A stretch of DNA of 44,769 bases from Ruminococcaceae bacterium UBA1244 (GCA_002308635.1 DBWG01000096.1:937-45705); one strand, 5' to 3'. Counted from the stretch's first letter, positions 8,695-19,071 are shown. Notes: a model not told the origin generated them from the sequence alone. Numbers and translations: made by a program.

Positions 8695-10855
8695 ATACTA
8701 TCAGGACTACCACGAACTTGTTGAACTGATGAAAAAGGCGGACCACAGCTATGACTTTGACCTGATCGAAAAGGCATATAATTTTGCCGAAGAAAAACAC
8801 GGAGACCAGAGAAGAGCATCCGGAATACCGTATATCCTTCACCCGACTTCCGTTGCCTGCATACTTGCGGAGCTGGGAATGGATTCCGCATCCATAGCGG
8901 CGGCGCTTCTTCACGATGTTGTTGAGGACACCCCCGTAACGCTTGATGATGTAACTCACCTTTTCGGAAAAGAGATCGCAGAGCTGATCGACGGCGTAAC
9001 AAAGTTGGGAAAGATACCGTACTCTTCGAGAGAGGAACAGCAGGCAGAAAATATCCGCAAAATGCTCATCGCAATGTCCAATGACATAAGGGTCATAATC
9101 ATAAAGCTTGCCGACAGACTTCACAATATGCGTACACTCGAATGTATGAAGGAACAGCACCGCCGTGACAAGGCGCTTGAAGTCATGGAGGTATACGCTC
9201 CCATAGCTCACCGACTTGGTATCAGAGCGATAAAGGAAGAGCTTGAAGACCTCTCCATCCGCTACCTTGACCCGATAGGCTACACCGAGATCGAACACCA
9301 GCTTGAAAAGCGAAGCAAGGACAGACTGAACTTTGTTGCCGAAATAAAACAGGCAATATATGACCGCCTTAAAAATGAGATCAATAACGTATATATTTCC
9401 GGACGTGTAAAGAGTATCCACGGCATCTACAAAAAGACCTTTATGAAGGGCAAGACCATGGATCAGATATTCGATATCTTTGCCGTCAGAGTAATAGTCG
9501 ATAGTGTTGCCGACTGCTATAATGTCCTCGGCATCGTACACGATATGTACAAGCCTCTCCCGAACCGCTTCAAGGACTATATCTCCACTCCGAAGCCGAA
9601 TATGTACCAGTCGCTCCACACCACCGTTATCGGAAAAGAGGGCATACCCTTTGAGATACAGATACGCACATGGGAAATGCACTACACCGCTGAATACGGT
9701 ATCGCCGCACACTGGAAATACAAAGAGGGCATCACAAAGAAGGATTCCCTTGACGAGCGCCTTGCATGGATACGCAAAATGCTGGAGAACCAGAGCGACA
9801 ATGATTCCACCGATATCGTCCGCACCATAAAAATGGACCTTGTTCCGGAGGAAGTGTTCATATTCACTCCAAAGGGCGATGTTATCAATCTTCCTATGGG
9901 TGCTACCGTCATAGATGTTGCCTATGCGATACACAGCGGAGTCGGCAACAGGATGATCGGCGCAAAGGTAGACAAGCGTATCGTTCCGATAGACTATAAA
10001 GTAAAAACAGGCGAGATCGTTGAGATAATCACCACCAAGGAAGAAGGCGGTCCAAAGCGTGACTGGCTCAACATCGTAAAGACCAGCGAAGCAAGAAGCA
10101 AGATACGCCTTTGGTTCAAGCGTGAAAAACGTGACGAAAATATCGTTGAAGGCAGGACACAGCTTGAAACGGAGTTCCGCCGCCTGAATATACACATTCC
10201 TGAGAAGGAGCTTGAAGATTTCCTTGCCGACACCATCCGCAAACAGAACTGCAATTCCCTCGAGGACTTTTACGCATCTATCGGCTACGGCGGAGTACAG
10301 CTCTGGAGGATACTCCCGAAGCTCAAAGAGGAATACATCAAAAAATACACCGAAACCGAGCCTGCACCCGTTGTTATAAAAGAGCCTGTCCGCAGGAAGA
10401 TCAGCGGAGGCGTTCACATTGAAGGAATAGATGACTGTCTCGTAAAATATTCACGCTGCTGCAATCCTCTTCCGGGTGATGACATAATCGGCTTCATAAC
10501 AAGGGGCTACGGTGTTTCCATTCACAAGCGCACCTGTTCAAACGTGCCGAAGGATCTTGCCGAATGTTCGGAACCCGAAAGATGGGTAAAAGCGGAATGG
10601 GCAGATCAGATCACAAACGAGACCTTCCAGTCCACACTTCAGATCACAGCCGCCGACAGGACGGGTCTTCTTGCCGACATCACCAACCAGCTTTCTGCTC
10701 TTCACCTGTTCATACATTCCCTCAATTCAAGAGAGGTCAAGAACGGCATGGCATTTATTGAAGTTTCCATCACCGTCAACAGCATCAACCATCTCAAAAT
10801 GGTCATAAGCCGTCTCAGCGGCATAAACGGCATCGTTTCTATAGGAAGAACATAA
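8675..10855 (+). CDS. relA: bifunctional (p)ppGpp synthetase/hydrolase, RelA/SpoT family
   Basis: HD hydrolase motif LLHDVVEDT, RelA/SpoT synthetase core (YKPLPNRFKDYISTPKPNMYQSLHTTV), TGS and C-terminal ACT-like regions; 726 aa. Overlaps recJ by 20 nt. GGAGGA RBS. Confidence 0.95.
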   Translation: MPERNLKYYQDYHELVELMKKADHSYDFDLIEKAYNFAEEKHGDQRRASGIPYILHPTSVACILAELGMDSASIAAALLHDVVEDTPVTLDDVTHLFGKEIAELIDGVTKLGKIPYSSREEQQAENIRKMLIAMSNDIRVIIIKLADRLHNMRTLECMKEQHRRDKALEVMEVYAPIAHRLGIRAIKEELEDLSIRYLDPIGYTEIEHQLEKRSKDRLNFVAEIKQAIYDRLKNEINNVYISGRVKSIHGIYKKTFMKGKTMDQIFDIFAVRVIVDSVADCYNVLGIVHDMYKPLPNRFKDYISTPKPNMYQSLHTTVIGKEGIPFEIQIRTWEMHYTAEYGIAAHWKYKEGITKKDSLDERLAWIRKMLENQSDNDSTDIVRTIKMDLVPEEVFIFTPKGDVINLPMGATVIDVAYAIHSGVGNRMIGAKVDKRIVPIDYKVKTGEIVEIITTKEEGGPKRDWLNIVKTSEARSKIRLWFKREKRDENIVEGRTQLETEFRRLNIHIPEKELEDFLADTIRKQNCNSLEDFYASIGYGGVQLWRILPKLKEEYIKKYTETEPAPVVIKEPVRRKISGGVHIEGIDDCLVKYSRCCNPLPGDDIIGFITRGYGVSIHKRTCSNVPKDLAECSEPERWVKAEWADQITNETFQSTLQITAADRTGLLADITNQLSALHLFIHSLNSREVKNGMAFIEVSITVNSINHLKMVISRLSGINGIVSIGRT

Positions 10856-10900
10856 GTATTGAACAGTTGAAAATGGAAAGTTTTTGACAGGAAGGATAAA

Positions 10901-11353
10901 ATGAAAGCAGTAATACAAAGAGTTACGGAATGTTCCGTCACAGTTGAAGGGAAAATTACAGGACAGATCAAAGACGGTTTCCTGATACTGCTCGGCGTGG
11001 AACAGGAGGATACAAAAATACAGGCGGAAAAGCTTTCCGCCAAGATCGCAGGACTGCGCATCTTCACTGACGAGAATGACAAAATGAACCTCTCTCTTGC
11101 CGATATCGGCGGAGGGGTTCTTGTCGTGTCTAATTTTACTCTCTGCGCAAACTGCCGCAAGGGAAGGAGACCTAACTTTGAAGCCGCCGCCAGACCTGAG
11201 ACCGCCGAACCGCTGTATGAATATTTCTGTGAGTGTATGCACAAAAACGGTATAGAAACAGTGGAAAGAGGTATTTTCGGTGCAGATATGAAGGTGTCGC
11301 TTCTTAATGACGGCCCCGTTACACTCGTGATAGATACAAAAGACCTTGCATAA
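10901..11353 (+). CDS. dtd: D-aminoacyl-tRNA deacylase
   Basis: MKAVIQRV... N-terminus, SNFTL and NDGPVTL motifs, 150 aa, conserved position after relA. Confidence 0.92.
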   Translation: MKAVIQRVTECSVTVEGKITGQIKDGFLILLGVEQEDTKIQAEKLSAKIAGLRIFTDENDKMNLSLADIGGGVLVVSNFTLCANCRKGRRPNFEAAARPETAEPLYEYFCECMHKNGIETVERGIFGADMKVSLLNDGPVTLVIDTKDLA

Positions 11354-11374
11354 AAAACGAAAGAGGAAAGAACC

Positions 11375-12013
11375 ATGATAAAAACAGAATGTTATCCGCT
11401 CGGGGTGTTGGCGGCAAACTGCTATTTTGTATATGATGCCGAAAACGGTGTCTCTCTGCTTATTGACCCCGGAACACTGTCTGACAGGCTTGAACAGAGA
11501 ATAAACGAGTTCGGCGCTGACAAGCTCAAATACATACTTCTTACTCACGGTCATTTTGACCATATCGGAGGAGCCGCATATTTCAAAAGAAAATTTCCGG
11601 AGGCTGAGATAGTCATTGGTGAGGACGAGGCTGAATTCACAACAAATCCAAGACTCAGTCTCGGTGATTTCTTTGACCTTGAGATCGAATGTTTCAAGCC
11701 GGATATTCTCGTAAACGAGGGCGATGAACTGCCTTTCGGAAAGGAAAAAATTTCCGTTCTGTCCACTCCCGGACATACAAAGGGCGGTGTGTGCTATATC
11801 ATCGGCGGCAGCATATATACGGGAGATACCCTTATCAGCGGCACTACCGGAAGAACCGACTTCCCGACAGGAAGCGTCCGCCAGATGTACGACTCTATGG
11901 CAAAGCTTGCGTCAATACCCGATGACCTTGCAGTATACTGCGGTCACGGCGAAAGCTCTACCCTTGAGTACGAAAAAATATACAATGTCTTTATGAGGAA
12001 ATTTGAATCATGA
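11375..12013 (+). CDS. MBL-fold metallo-hydrolase
   Basis: LLTHGHFDHIGG (HxHxDH) and downstream TPGHT and GH motifs; 212 aa. Confidence 0.88.
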   Translation: MIKTECYPLGVLAANCYFVYDAENGVSLLIDPGTLSDRLEQRINEFGADKLKYILLTHGHFDHIGGAAYFKRKFPEAEIVIGEDEAEFTTNPRLSLGDFFDLEIECFKPDILVNEGDELPFGKEKISVLSTPGHTKGGVCYIIGGSIYTGDTLISGTTGRTDFPTGSVRQMYDSMAKLASIPDDLAVYCGHGESSTLEYEKIYNVFMRKFES

Positions 12014-13506
12014 CGATCTATATTGACCATCAGTTCCACTATGAATCCGAAAACTTAGTCCGGCTGTTTTTCCCTAACGACAAAATAACCGTTGTACATG
12101 AGATACCGGAAGAAAAGGAAATACCTTATATCGTTTCGTCGATAAAATCCGGAGAGAATGAAACGTATATTTCGATAATGCTGCAAACGGAGGACTTTTC
12201 AGCGCATGACGAAAAAACTCTGACAAACGTGAAGGATGATTTTGAAAAAACTGTCGAAAGAGAGATGGCTGTCTGCCTTTACGGACTGCTCACAAAGCTG
12301 ACAGGAAAGATACAGCCCTGGGGAATACTCACAGGAGTGCGCCCGATAAAGCTTTTCAGGCGGCTCTGTGAACAGGGCGGTGAGGACTATGCAAAGGATT
12401 ATTTCCGGAGCAGGCTTCTTGTGTCCGAAGAAAAGACGGCTCTCAGTGCCGTGACGGAAAAGTACGAAAAGAAAATACTTTCACTCAGCAGACCGAGATC
12501 ATTCAGTCTGTATGTTTCCATACCGTTTTGTCCGTCAAGGTGTTCGTACTGCTCGTTTGTGTCCCAGTCCATAGAAAGCGCAAAAAAGCTGATAGAGCCT
12601 TATGTGGAGCTTTTGTGCAGGGAAATTGAAGAGACGGCGGAGATATCAAAGGAGTGCGGGCTTGTTTTGGAGAGCGTTTATATCGGCGGAGGAACGCCAA
12701 CAACTCTCAGCGCCGTACAGATGAAAAAACTGCTCGATACCATAAGAAACAGCTTTGATATGACCACCTGCCGTGAATTCACGGTCGAAGCCGGACGGCC
12801 TGATACTATCGACAGCGAAAAACTATCCGCCATACTCGAAGGAGGCGCCGACAGGATAAGCATAAATCCCCAGACACTCAATGATTCCGTTCTCGAGGTT
12901 ATAGGAAGAAAACATACCTCGGCTCAGACGCTCGAAGCGTTTGAACTGGCAAGAAAAGCAGGATTCAGACATATCAATATGGATCTGATAGCGGGACTGC
13001 CGACAGAGAGCGTTGAAAGCTTTGTTTCCACCCTTGACAGGATATGTGAGATTGACCCTGAGAGCATTACAGTACATACGCTTGCGATGAAGCGCTCATC
13101 ACGGCTGACGCTTCAGGGAACAAAGACCGATACCGAAAAAGAGCCGCCTGCCGCTCAGATGCTCAGATATGCGGAAAAGAAGCTCGCCGAAAGCGGATAT
13201 CATCCATACTACCTCTACCGCCAGACACGCATGGAAGGCAATCTTGAAAACGTCGGCTGGTCAAAAGAGGGCTTTGACGGTCTGTATAACGTCTTTGTGA
13301 TGGACGAAACACATACTATACTCGGCTGCGGTGCGGGAGCGGTCACAAAACTCAAAAAGCCCGCTTCAGAGTCGCTTGAACGAATATTTAACTACAAATA
13401 CCCGTATGAATATATAGGCGGCTTTGAAGAAATGCTCCGCAGAAAGGAAAGGGTGAAGTCATTCTATGCTGAACTGGCTGAATACATATCGCAGATATGC
13501 CTGTGA
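12010..13506 (+). CDS. hemZ: radical SAM coproporphyrinogen-dehydrogenase-like protein (HemZ type)
   Basis: Radical SAM cluster CPSRCSYCSF with a HemN-like core after a ~170 aa N-terminal extension. ATGA overlap with the upstream gene. Confidence 0.75.
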   Translation: MTIYIDHQFHYESENLVRLFFPNDKITVVHEIPEEKEIPYIVSSIKSGENETYISIMLQTEDFSAHDEKTLTNVKDDFEKTVEREMAVCLYGLLTKLTGKIQPWGILTGVRPIKLFRRLCEQGGEDYAKDYFRSRLLVSEEKTALSAVTEKYEKKILSLSRPRSFSLYVSIPFCPSRCSYCSFVSQSIESAKKLIEPYVELLCREIEETAEISKECGLVLESVYIGGGTPTTLSAVQMKKLLDTIRNSFDMTTCREFTVEAGRPDTIDSEKLSAILEGGADRISINPQTLNDSVLEVIGRKHTSAQTLEAFELARKAGFRHINMDLIAGLPTESVESFVSTLDRICEIDPESITVHTLAMKRSSRLTLQGTKTDTEKEPPAAQMLRYAEKKLAESGYHPYYLYRQTRMEGNLENVGWSKEGFDGLYNVFVMDETHTILGCGAGAVTKLKKPASESLERIFNYKYPYEYIGGFEEMLRRKERVKSFYAELAEYISQICL

Positions 13507-14428
13507 TATTGAACGGATAAACCTTGAAGCAAAGACGAATGCAAAGGATCTTATCCTGACCGCTGAAAAAATATTTCACAGCGATATCAGGCTCATTGTG
13601 GACAGGATAATGGCGATACCTGTAAAGCACCATATAGTTTTTCTTTCCGGTCCGTCAAGCAGCGGAAAGACCACCACCGGAAAAAAGCTCGCAGAAGAAT
13701 TTGAACGCAGGGGCTGTCATTCAATACTTGTTTCTATGGACGATTTTTATCTCGGCAAGGAAAAGATACGCATACTCCCGGACGGAAAGTATGATTTTGA
13801 ATCCGTCGAAGCACTCGACATCCCGCTGATGAAAAAATGCGTTGAGCAGATCGCAGAAACAGGAGAGTGCGACATCCCTGTATATGATTTTCACAACAGC
13901 CGCCGCAGCGGAAAGACACGCAGGATAAAATTAGAGGACGATTCCGTTGTGATAATCGAGGGCATCCATGCGCTCAATCCGATCTTTGACAGCACTATTC
14001 CCCGTGAATACGTCAGCAAGGTATATGTGAGCGTGAAACAGGGAATAAAAGATAATGAGGACTACGTTCTCACAAACCGTGAACTGCGTCTTATCAGGAG
14101 GATCATCCGTGACAACAGCTACAGGAACGCAAGTCCCGAAGAGATAATAAATATGTGGGGCGATGTTGTGGACGGCGAAATGAAAAATATCAGACCATAC
14201 CGCTACAACAGCGACTTTACGCTGAATACCATCCACATCTATGAGCCGTGCATTATGAAGGAACGTGTGATAAAACTGCTGTCAGGAGTCGATGCAGACA
14301 CTCCTGCCGGAAAGACCGCAGCACACCTCATAAGCTCGCTTGAAAGATTTGAGGGCATTGATCCCGCTCTTGTGCCGGAGAATTCACTCATCAGGGAATT
14401 TATCGGCGGCGGCAGCTACGTATATTAA
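13466..14428 (+). CDS. P-loop nucleoside/uridine kinase family protein
   Basis: Walker A GPSSSGKTTTGKKL and DDFY motif. The start is uncertain: ATG 13466 overlaps hemZ by 41 nt, and the next in-frame ATG is 13610. Confidence 0.6.
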   Translation: MLNWLNTYRRYACDIERINLEAKTNAKDLILTAEKIFHSDIRLIVDRIMAIPVKHHIVFLSGPSSSGKTTTGKKLAEEFERRGCHSILVSMDDFYLGKEKIRILPDGKYDFESVEALDIPLMKKCVEQIAETGECDIPVYDFHNSRRSGKTRRIKLEDDSVVIIEGIHALNPIFDSTIPREYVSKVYVSVKQGIKDNEDYVLTNRELRLIRRIIRDNSYRNASPEEIINMWGDVVDGEMKNIRPYRYNSDFTLNTIHIYEPCIMKERVIKLLSGVDADTPAGKTAAHLISSLERFEGIDPALVPENSLIREFIGGGSYVY

Positions 14429-14458
14429 AAAAACCGTCAAATAATCACCGCTTGGGTA

Positions 14459-14487
14459 TTGCAGTATCAGTTCTAAGGTGATATAAT
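14459..14487 (+). promoter_or_regulatory. sigma-A type promoter
   Basis: TTGCAG (14459-14464), 17 nt spacer, TATAAT (14482-14487). Confidence 0.5.
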
Positions 14488-14530
14488 GACTTATTGTCTG
14501 AACTATTGAGATTGACAGGAGGATATGTTT

Positions 14531-14977
14531 ATGAGCGTAATGGAAGACGTTATTCTTAACGCAAAGACAGCTGTTGGTTCTGTCGGAAGGAAAGCCGGAG
14601 AGGTCATCGACCGCTCAAAGCTCAGGATAGCTGCTGTTGATATAAAGTCTGAACTTTCAGGCAAGTACCGTATGCTTGGAAGGCTTTATTATGAGTCCGA
14701 AACTACCGGAAAAAAATATGACGAGTCAATAAAAAAGCTTATTGAGACCATAACCGACCTTAATGAACAGCTTGCAGCCGTAAAAGAGGCGATCGCAGGC
14801 TCAGAAAAGAAGATCAGGTGTCCCGAATGTTCCGAATACAACCAGAAGGGTGCTGTGTTCTGCAGCAAGTGCGGGGCAAAGCTTTCTTCCGCAAAGCCGC
14901 CGTATGAAGACGACCAGACACAGGAGGAGCTTCTTGACTTTGCAGAGGAGATCGCAGACGAGGATATTGATATCTGA
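14531..14977 (+). CDS. coiled-coil plus zinc-ribbon domain protein
   Basis: C-terminal CPECSEYNQKGAVFCSKCGAKL followed by an acidic tail. ATG 14531 lies 8 nt after AGGAGG (14517-14522); ATG 14525 is too close to the RBS. Confidence 0.65.
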   Translation: MSVMEDVILNAKTAVGSVGRKAGEVIDRSKLRIAAVDIKSELSGKYRMLGRLYYESETTGKKYDESIKKLIETITDLNEQLAAVKEAIAGSEKKIRCPECSEYNQKGAVFCSKCGAKLSSAKPPYEDDQTQEELLDFAEEIADEDIDI

Positions 14978-15008
14978 GACATCATGATTTTGGAAGGGAT
15001 GTGCTTTA

Positions 15009-16769
15009 GTGTCAGGAAAAAAACAGGGGAGAAAATCCCAGAGCTTTCTTAAAGGTGCGATGGTTCTTGGCTCCAGCATGATAATCGTCAAGCTGATGGG
15101 CATGATATATAAGATACTTCTCTCAAATCAGTACGGCGGTGTCGGTACGGGTCTTTTCAACTCCGCCTATGCGCTTTACAATCCGCTGTTCATGCTTTCA
15201 ACAGCTGGATTTCCGATCGCCATTTCAAGAATGGTGTCTGAAAGCATCACAAAAAAGCGTTACCGTGACGTAAAACAGATACATAGGATATCCGTCCCGA
15301 TATTTGTATTTGCCGGCTGTCTGTGCTTTTTGGCGATGGTACTCGGCGGTTTCCTCTATGTAAAGCTTATTCACGCAGAAAATGCGATATTTGCACTTCT
15401 GTGTCTGTCTCCGACAATATTCTTCGGATGTCTCATGTCGATCTACAGGGGCTATTTTGAAGGCATGAGGAACATGGTTCCGACGGCGGTATCCGAAATA
15501 ATCGAGGCGACCTGCAAGCTGTTTTTGGGCTTCACCGCCTCGTTCCTCGTAACAAAATACGGCATGAGCCGCTATGAAGCAACGGGCGTTGTTTTCGGAA
15601 CAAAATGTGCCAACGCTACCGAAGCGCAGTCTGTCATAGTGCCGATAGCTATCGGTGCTGCGATCACCGGCATATCGCTCGGTTCGCTTTTCGGTTTTCT
15701 GTTTTTGTTCATCCGCTATAAGAGAGGCGGCGACGGCATAACAAGGGAAGAGCTTGCATCCTCGCCTCCGCCGAGAAAATCAGACGCAACTCTCAAGGTT
15801 ATGGTAAGGACCGCCATCCCGATCGGACTCGGCGCTATCATTATGAGCCTTGCGGATATGGTCGACTCCACTCTCGTAAATATCAGGATAAACCACATCA
15901 TGGAATCGGATCCGGATGCGCTGCTCAATGTTTACGGTTCGCTGATACCCGATCATGTATATGAATCCGGTTCTGTCCACACCTACCTCTACGGCTGCTA
16001 CGGCATTGCGCTCACACTTATGATGCTCATAACCGCAGTAACGCAGGTGTTCGGAACCACCGCCCTGCCGTCAGTTACCGCTGCATGGACAAGCGGCAAC
16101 AAGGAACAGCTCAAAAAGAGCATGGAGACTGTCATGCGTGTCACAACTCTCGTGACTATCCCCGCAGGCATCGGAATGTCTGTGCTTGCAGAGCCGCTTC
16201 TGTCGATGATCTATCACGGCAGCGCAGTTTCAAATGAAGTCGAGATTGGTTCCCGTGTGCTTACGGTAATGGGAATATCGGTCATCTTTATAGCCGTCAG
16301 CACACCGCTTTGCAGTATGCTGCAGGCTATCGGAAGAATGGACGTTCCGCTGAAGCTTTTTGCTGTCGGAATGGTCATAAAAATAGTCGTCAACTATATC
16401 CTCGTCGGCATACCGGAGATAAACATACAGGGCGCAAATATCGGTTCGATAGTGTGCTACGGCTTTGTAACAGTCGTTGCGCTGTTTGTTATATGCCGTG
16501 AAACAAAGATCATACCGGACTTTGTGTCGATCTTTGTCAAGCCGCTCATGGCAGGCATAGTCTGCGGCGTTACGGCATATTTCTCTGAGATATTCTATGA
16601 TTATTTCTTCAGACAGAGGATAGCAACTATACTTGCAGTCCTCACTGCTGTGATATTCTATATCATTGCGCTGTTTGTTTTCAGGGCAATAAAGAGAGAG
16701 GATATTCTCCAGATGCCGAAGGGAAATAAAATTGTAAAAATACTTGAAAAACGTAAGCTGATAAGGTAA
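15009..16769 (+). CDS. MOP-superfamily flippase (MurJ / SpoVB / YabM-like polysaccharide biosynthesis protein)
   Basis: 586 aa and polytopic (about 14 hydrophobic segments). N-terminus KSQSFLKGAMVLGSSMIIVKLMGMIYKILL is typical of this family. Occupies the yabM position upstream of mazG. Confidence 0.8.
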   Translation: MSGKKQGRKSQSFLKGAMVLGSSMIIVKLMGMIYKILLSNQYGGVGTGLFNSAYALYNPLFMLSTAGFPIAISRMVSESITKKRYRDVKQIHRISVPIFVFAGCLCFLAMVLGGFLYVKLIHAENAIFALLCLSPTIFFGCLMSIYRGYFEGMRNMVPTAVSEIIEATCKLFLGFTASFLVTKYGMSRYEATGVVFGTKCANATEAQSVIVPIAIGAAITGISLGSLFGFLFLFIRYKRGGDGITREELASSPPPRKSDATLKVMVRTAIPIGLGAIIMSLADMVDSTLVNIRINHIMESDPDALLNVYGSLIPDHVYESGSVHTYLYGCYGIALTLMMLITAVTQVFGTTALPSVTAAWTSGNKEQLKKSMETVMRVTTLVTIPAGIGMSVLAEPLLSMIYHGSAVSNEVEIGSRVLTVMGISVIFIAVSTPLCSMLQAIGRMDVPLKLFAVGMVIKIVVNYILVGIPEINIQGANIGSIVCYGFVTVVALFVICRETKIIPDFVSIFVKPLMAGIVCGVTAYFSEIFYDYFFRQRIATILAVLTAVIFYIIALFVFRAIKREDILQMPKGNKIVKILEKRKLIR

Positions 16770-16810
16770 AATAGTATACTGTGCGATATAAAACCAAAGG
16801 AGCTTTTGCA

Positions 16811-17605
16811 GTGGAATTTGAATTTAAGGATCATTATGACGTTGACGATCTTGTGCGGATCGTAAAAATACTCCGTTCACCCGAGGGATGTCCGTGGGAC
16901 AAGATCCAGACACACCAATCTATCCGCAGCGAATTTATCGAAGAGGTCTATGAGGCGATAGAGGCTATCGACGAAAAGGATACCGAACATCTGCGAGAGG
17001 AGCTTGGGGATGTACTGCTCCAGGTGGTCTTTCACTGTGTTCTCGAGACCGAACAGAACAGCTTTACGCTGAATGATGTTGCCGATGATGTCTGCAAAAA
17101 GATGATATTCCGCCATCCTCATGTTTTCGGAAACGTCACTGCCGAAACTCCGGAGGAGGTACTCAAAAACTGGGACGCAATAAAAATGCAGTCGAAGTCC
17201 CAGACGAATGCCAGTGAGGCGATGGAGAGCGTATCAAAAACACTTCCGTCACTCATGCGCAGCGAAAAGCTGTGGAAAAAAGCCGAAAGAGGAGGCTTCG
17301 GTCTTAAAGACCGTGAGGAAGCATACCTCTACACCGAACAGAAGCTTGCAGAGCTGAGAAATGCAATGCAGGACGGCGATGAGGAGGAGTACGGCAAAAA
17401 AGCCGGAGAGCTTTTGTTTGCGGCTGTCGGACTGTCAAGATTTTTTCATACAGACTGCGAGAGAATGCTGTATAATGCCTGTGATGATTTCATCCTTCGG
17501 TACAGGGCTTTTGAGACCTATGCTGCCGAAAACGGCATTGAAATACAGAAATACAGCTCACGGGAATTGACTGATCTCTGGGCTGTTGTTTCAAATCAAA
17601 AATAA
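16811..17605 (+). CDS. mazG: MazG nucleoside triphosphate pyrophosphohydrolase
   Basis: Two MazG repeats with EEVYEAIEAI...ELGDVLLQV and a second ELLFAAV-type motif. GTG 16811 lies 8 nt after AAGGAG; the track start is 16781. Confidence 0.85.
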   Translation: MEFEFKDHYDVDDLVRIVKILRSPEGCPWDKIQTHQSIRSEFIEEVYEAIEAIDEKDTEHLREELGDVLLQVVFHCVLETEQNSFTLNDVADDVCKKMIFRHPHVFGNVTAETPEEVLKNWDAIKMQSKSQTNASEAMESVSKTLPSLMRSEKLWKKAERGGFGLKDREEAYLYTEQKLAELRNAMQDGDEEEYGKKAGELLFAAVGLSRFFHTDCERMLYNACDDFILRYRAFETYAAENGIEIQKYSSRELTDLWAVVSNQK

Positions 17606-17621
17606 CGGAGGAAATTCAAAC

Positions 17622-17897
17622 ATGAACAAGTCAGAACTTATTGAACTCGTAAGCAAGTCAACAGAAGTCGGAAAAAAGGATGCCGAGAAGGTAGTCAATG
17701 CCGTTTTTGATACGATCGTTGCTCAGGTCGCAGAAGGCAATGATGTCCGCATCGTTGGCTTTGGTACTTTTGAGCGCCGTGAGAGAAAAGAAAGAGAAGG
17801 CTGCAATCCTCAGACAAAGGAAAAGATCGTCATTCCTGCATCTAAGGTTCCTGCTTTCAAGCCCGGCAAGGCTTTCAAGGATGTTGTTGAGAAATAA
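17622..17897 (+). CDS. hup: HU family DNA-binding protein
   Basis: MNKSELIELVS...FGTFERRERKEREGCNPQTKEKIVIPASKVPAFKPGKAFKD; 91 aa. GGAGG RBS at 17607-17611. Confidence 0.92.
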   Translation: MNKSELIELVSKSTEVGKKDAEKVVNAVFDTIVAQVAEGNDVRIVGFGTFERRERKEREGCNPQTKEKIVIPASKVPAFKPGKAFKDVVEK

Positions 17898-17907
17898 TAT
17901 TATTTTT

Positions 17908-17945
17908 AAGGAAGCCGCTTTTGAACCGGCTTCCTTTTCTTTTGG
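17908..17945 (+). terminator. rho-independent terminator after hup
   Basis: AAGGAAGCCG (17908-17917) / CGGCTTCCTT (17927-17936) followed by TTCTTTT. Confidence 0.65.
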
Positions 17946-17953
17946 AGGTACAA

Positions 17954-18196
17954 ATGAGACTTGATAAATATTTGAAGGTGTCACGGCTCATCAAGCGCCG
18001 CACCGTTGCAAATGAGGCATGCGATGCCGGAAGGGTAACAGTAAACGGCAAGCCCGCCCGTGCTTCATACGAAGTAAAGACAGGGGATATCATAGAGATC
18101 AGCATGGGTGTCCATCCCATAAAGGCAGAGGTAATATCCATCAATGAATATGCAAAAAAGGATGACGCTGCACTGATGTACAGGATCATAAACTGA
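17954..18196 (+). CDS. yabO: S4-domain RNA-binding protein (YabO-like)
   Basis: MRLDKYLKVSRLIKRRTVANEACDAGRVTVNGKPA S4 motif; 80 aa. GGAGG RBS 17944-17948. Synteny with yabP and yabQ. Confidence 0.85.
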   Translation: MRLDKYLKVSRLIKRRTVANEACDAGRVTVNGKPARASYEVKTGDIIEISMGVHPIKAEVISINEYAKKDDAALMYRIIN

Positions 18197-18266
18197 CCGC
18201 CGGCGGAATAATCCTCTCCGGTCATGAATAGAATGACAAAGAAGATTATAACCGGGAGCTGATCTG

Positions 18267-18554
18267 ATGCCGTCTGATGAACGCAGTAATGTCGTAAGAA
18301 AAAAACACAGCATGATACTCGAAGACAGAAAGACCCTGACCTTCACCGGAATAAAGGATGTTTCCGGACTTGAAGACCAGAAGGTGGAGCTTTCGACCGA
18401 ACTCGGCGAGCTGACAATAAAAGGAAACGGACTTCACATAAACGGGTTCAGCAGCGATACAGGAGAACTTGAGCTTGAAGGAGAAATAGACTCTCTCGTT
18501 TATTCCGAGAGCCGAAAGCCGGAAGGCGGGTTCTTTTCAAAACTGTTCAGATAG
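18267..18554 (+). CDS. yabP: sporulation protein YabP
   Basis: HSMILEDRKTLTFTGIKDVSGLEDQKVELSTELGELTIKGNGLHINGFSSDTGELELEGEIDSLVY matches the YabP/YqfC fold pattern. Position is before yabQ. Confidence 0.85.
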   Translation: MPSDERSNVVRKKHSMILEDRKTLTFTGIKDVSGLEDQKVELSTELGELTIKGNGLHINGFSSDTGELELEGEIDSLVYSESRKPEGGFFSKLFR

Positions 18555-18562
18555 GTGATAAA

Positions 18563-18982
18563 GTGGAGCTGACGATTTATGAACAGACGGGCGTGTTTTT
18601 GTGGTCGTTTCTTATCGGCGTGATACTTGCCGCTGTATATACGGTTTTTGCGGTGCTGAGGGAATTGTCTCCGCCGGGACGTGTGCTGCTGTTTTTGAGC
18701 GATGTTTTGTTCACAGCCATCGCTGCGGCAGTGAATTTTGTCTTTGCTTTGTCACAGACTCACGGAAAAATAAGAGGATATTCTCTCCTTGCACAGGCAG
18801 CCGCCTTTTTTTTACTCTATCTTACCGCAGGAAGATTCATCAAACACAGTGCCGGCAGGATAAGGGATGCTTTTCAAAGGGCTGTCGGGAGGATATCAGC
18901 CCCCGTTTTTAAAGCAGTCAGGGGTGCGGAGGCGGTTTTTTGCGGAAAATGTCAGAAATTGCTAAAAAAAATAAAAAAATAG
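18563..18982 (+). CDS. yabQ: spore cortex biosynthesis protein YabQ
   Basis: Small protein with 3 to 4 transmembrane segments directly after yabP. GTG start 6 nt after AGGTG. Confidence 0.75.
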   Translation: MELTIYEQTGVFLWSFLIGVILAAVYTVFAVLRELSPPGRVLLFLSDVLFTAIAAAVNFVFALSQTHGKIRGYSLLAQAAAFFLLYLTAGRFIKHSAGRIRDAFQRAVGRISAPVFKAVRGAEAVFCGKCQKLLKKIKK

Positions 18983-18993
18983 TTAATTCTTAC

Positions 18994-19023
18994 TTGAAAT
19001 AATAATGCAGTTTGTAGTATAAT
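18994..19023 (+). promoter_or_regulatory. sigma-A type promoter upstream of the divIC-like gene
   Basis: TTGAAA (18994-18999), 18 nt spacer, TATAAT (19018-19023). Confidence 0.45.
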
Positions 19024-19071
19024 ATAGGCGTATCTTTATTGGGTGCAATCTCGGTGAAAGGGGGGTGTCCG

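Noticed and set aside
8597-10417. 606 aa ORF antisense to relA, the longest non-annotated ORF in the window
   Set aside because: It lies entirely within and opposite the well-supported relA gene. The predicted protein is low-complexity (rich in F, Y, L, V, D) with no motif and no RBS. Long stop-free antisense frames are an expected by-product of codon bias in long genes.
10727-11776. 349 aa antisense ORF spanning the relA 3' end, dtd and the MBL hydrolase gene
   Set aside because: It opposes three confidently identified genes and crosses their intergenic spacers. It has no recognisable domain or translation signals, so I treat it as a shadow ORF.
18197-18266. Sigma-E/sigma-K type sporulation promoters upstream of yabP and of cotJA (43990-44116)
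   Set aside because: ATA-rich and CATA-like hexamers are present, but their spacing does not fit the consensus as I recall it. I cannot support a call by eye.
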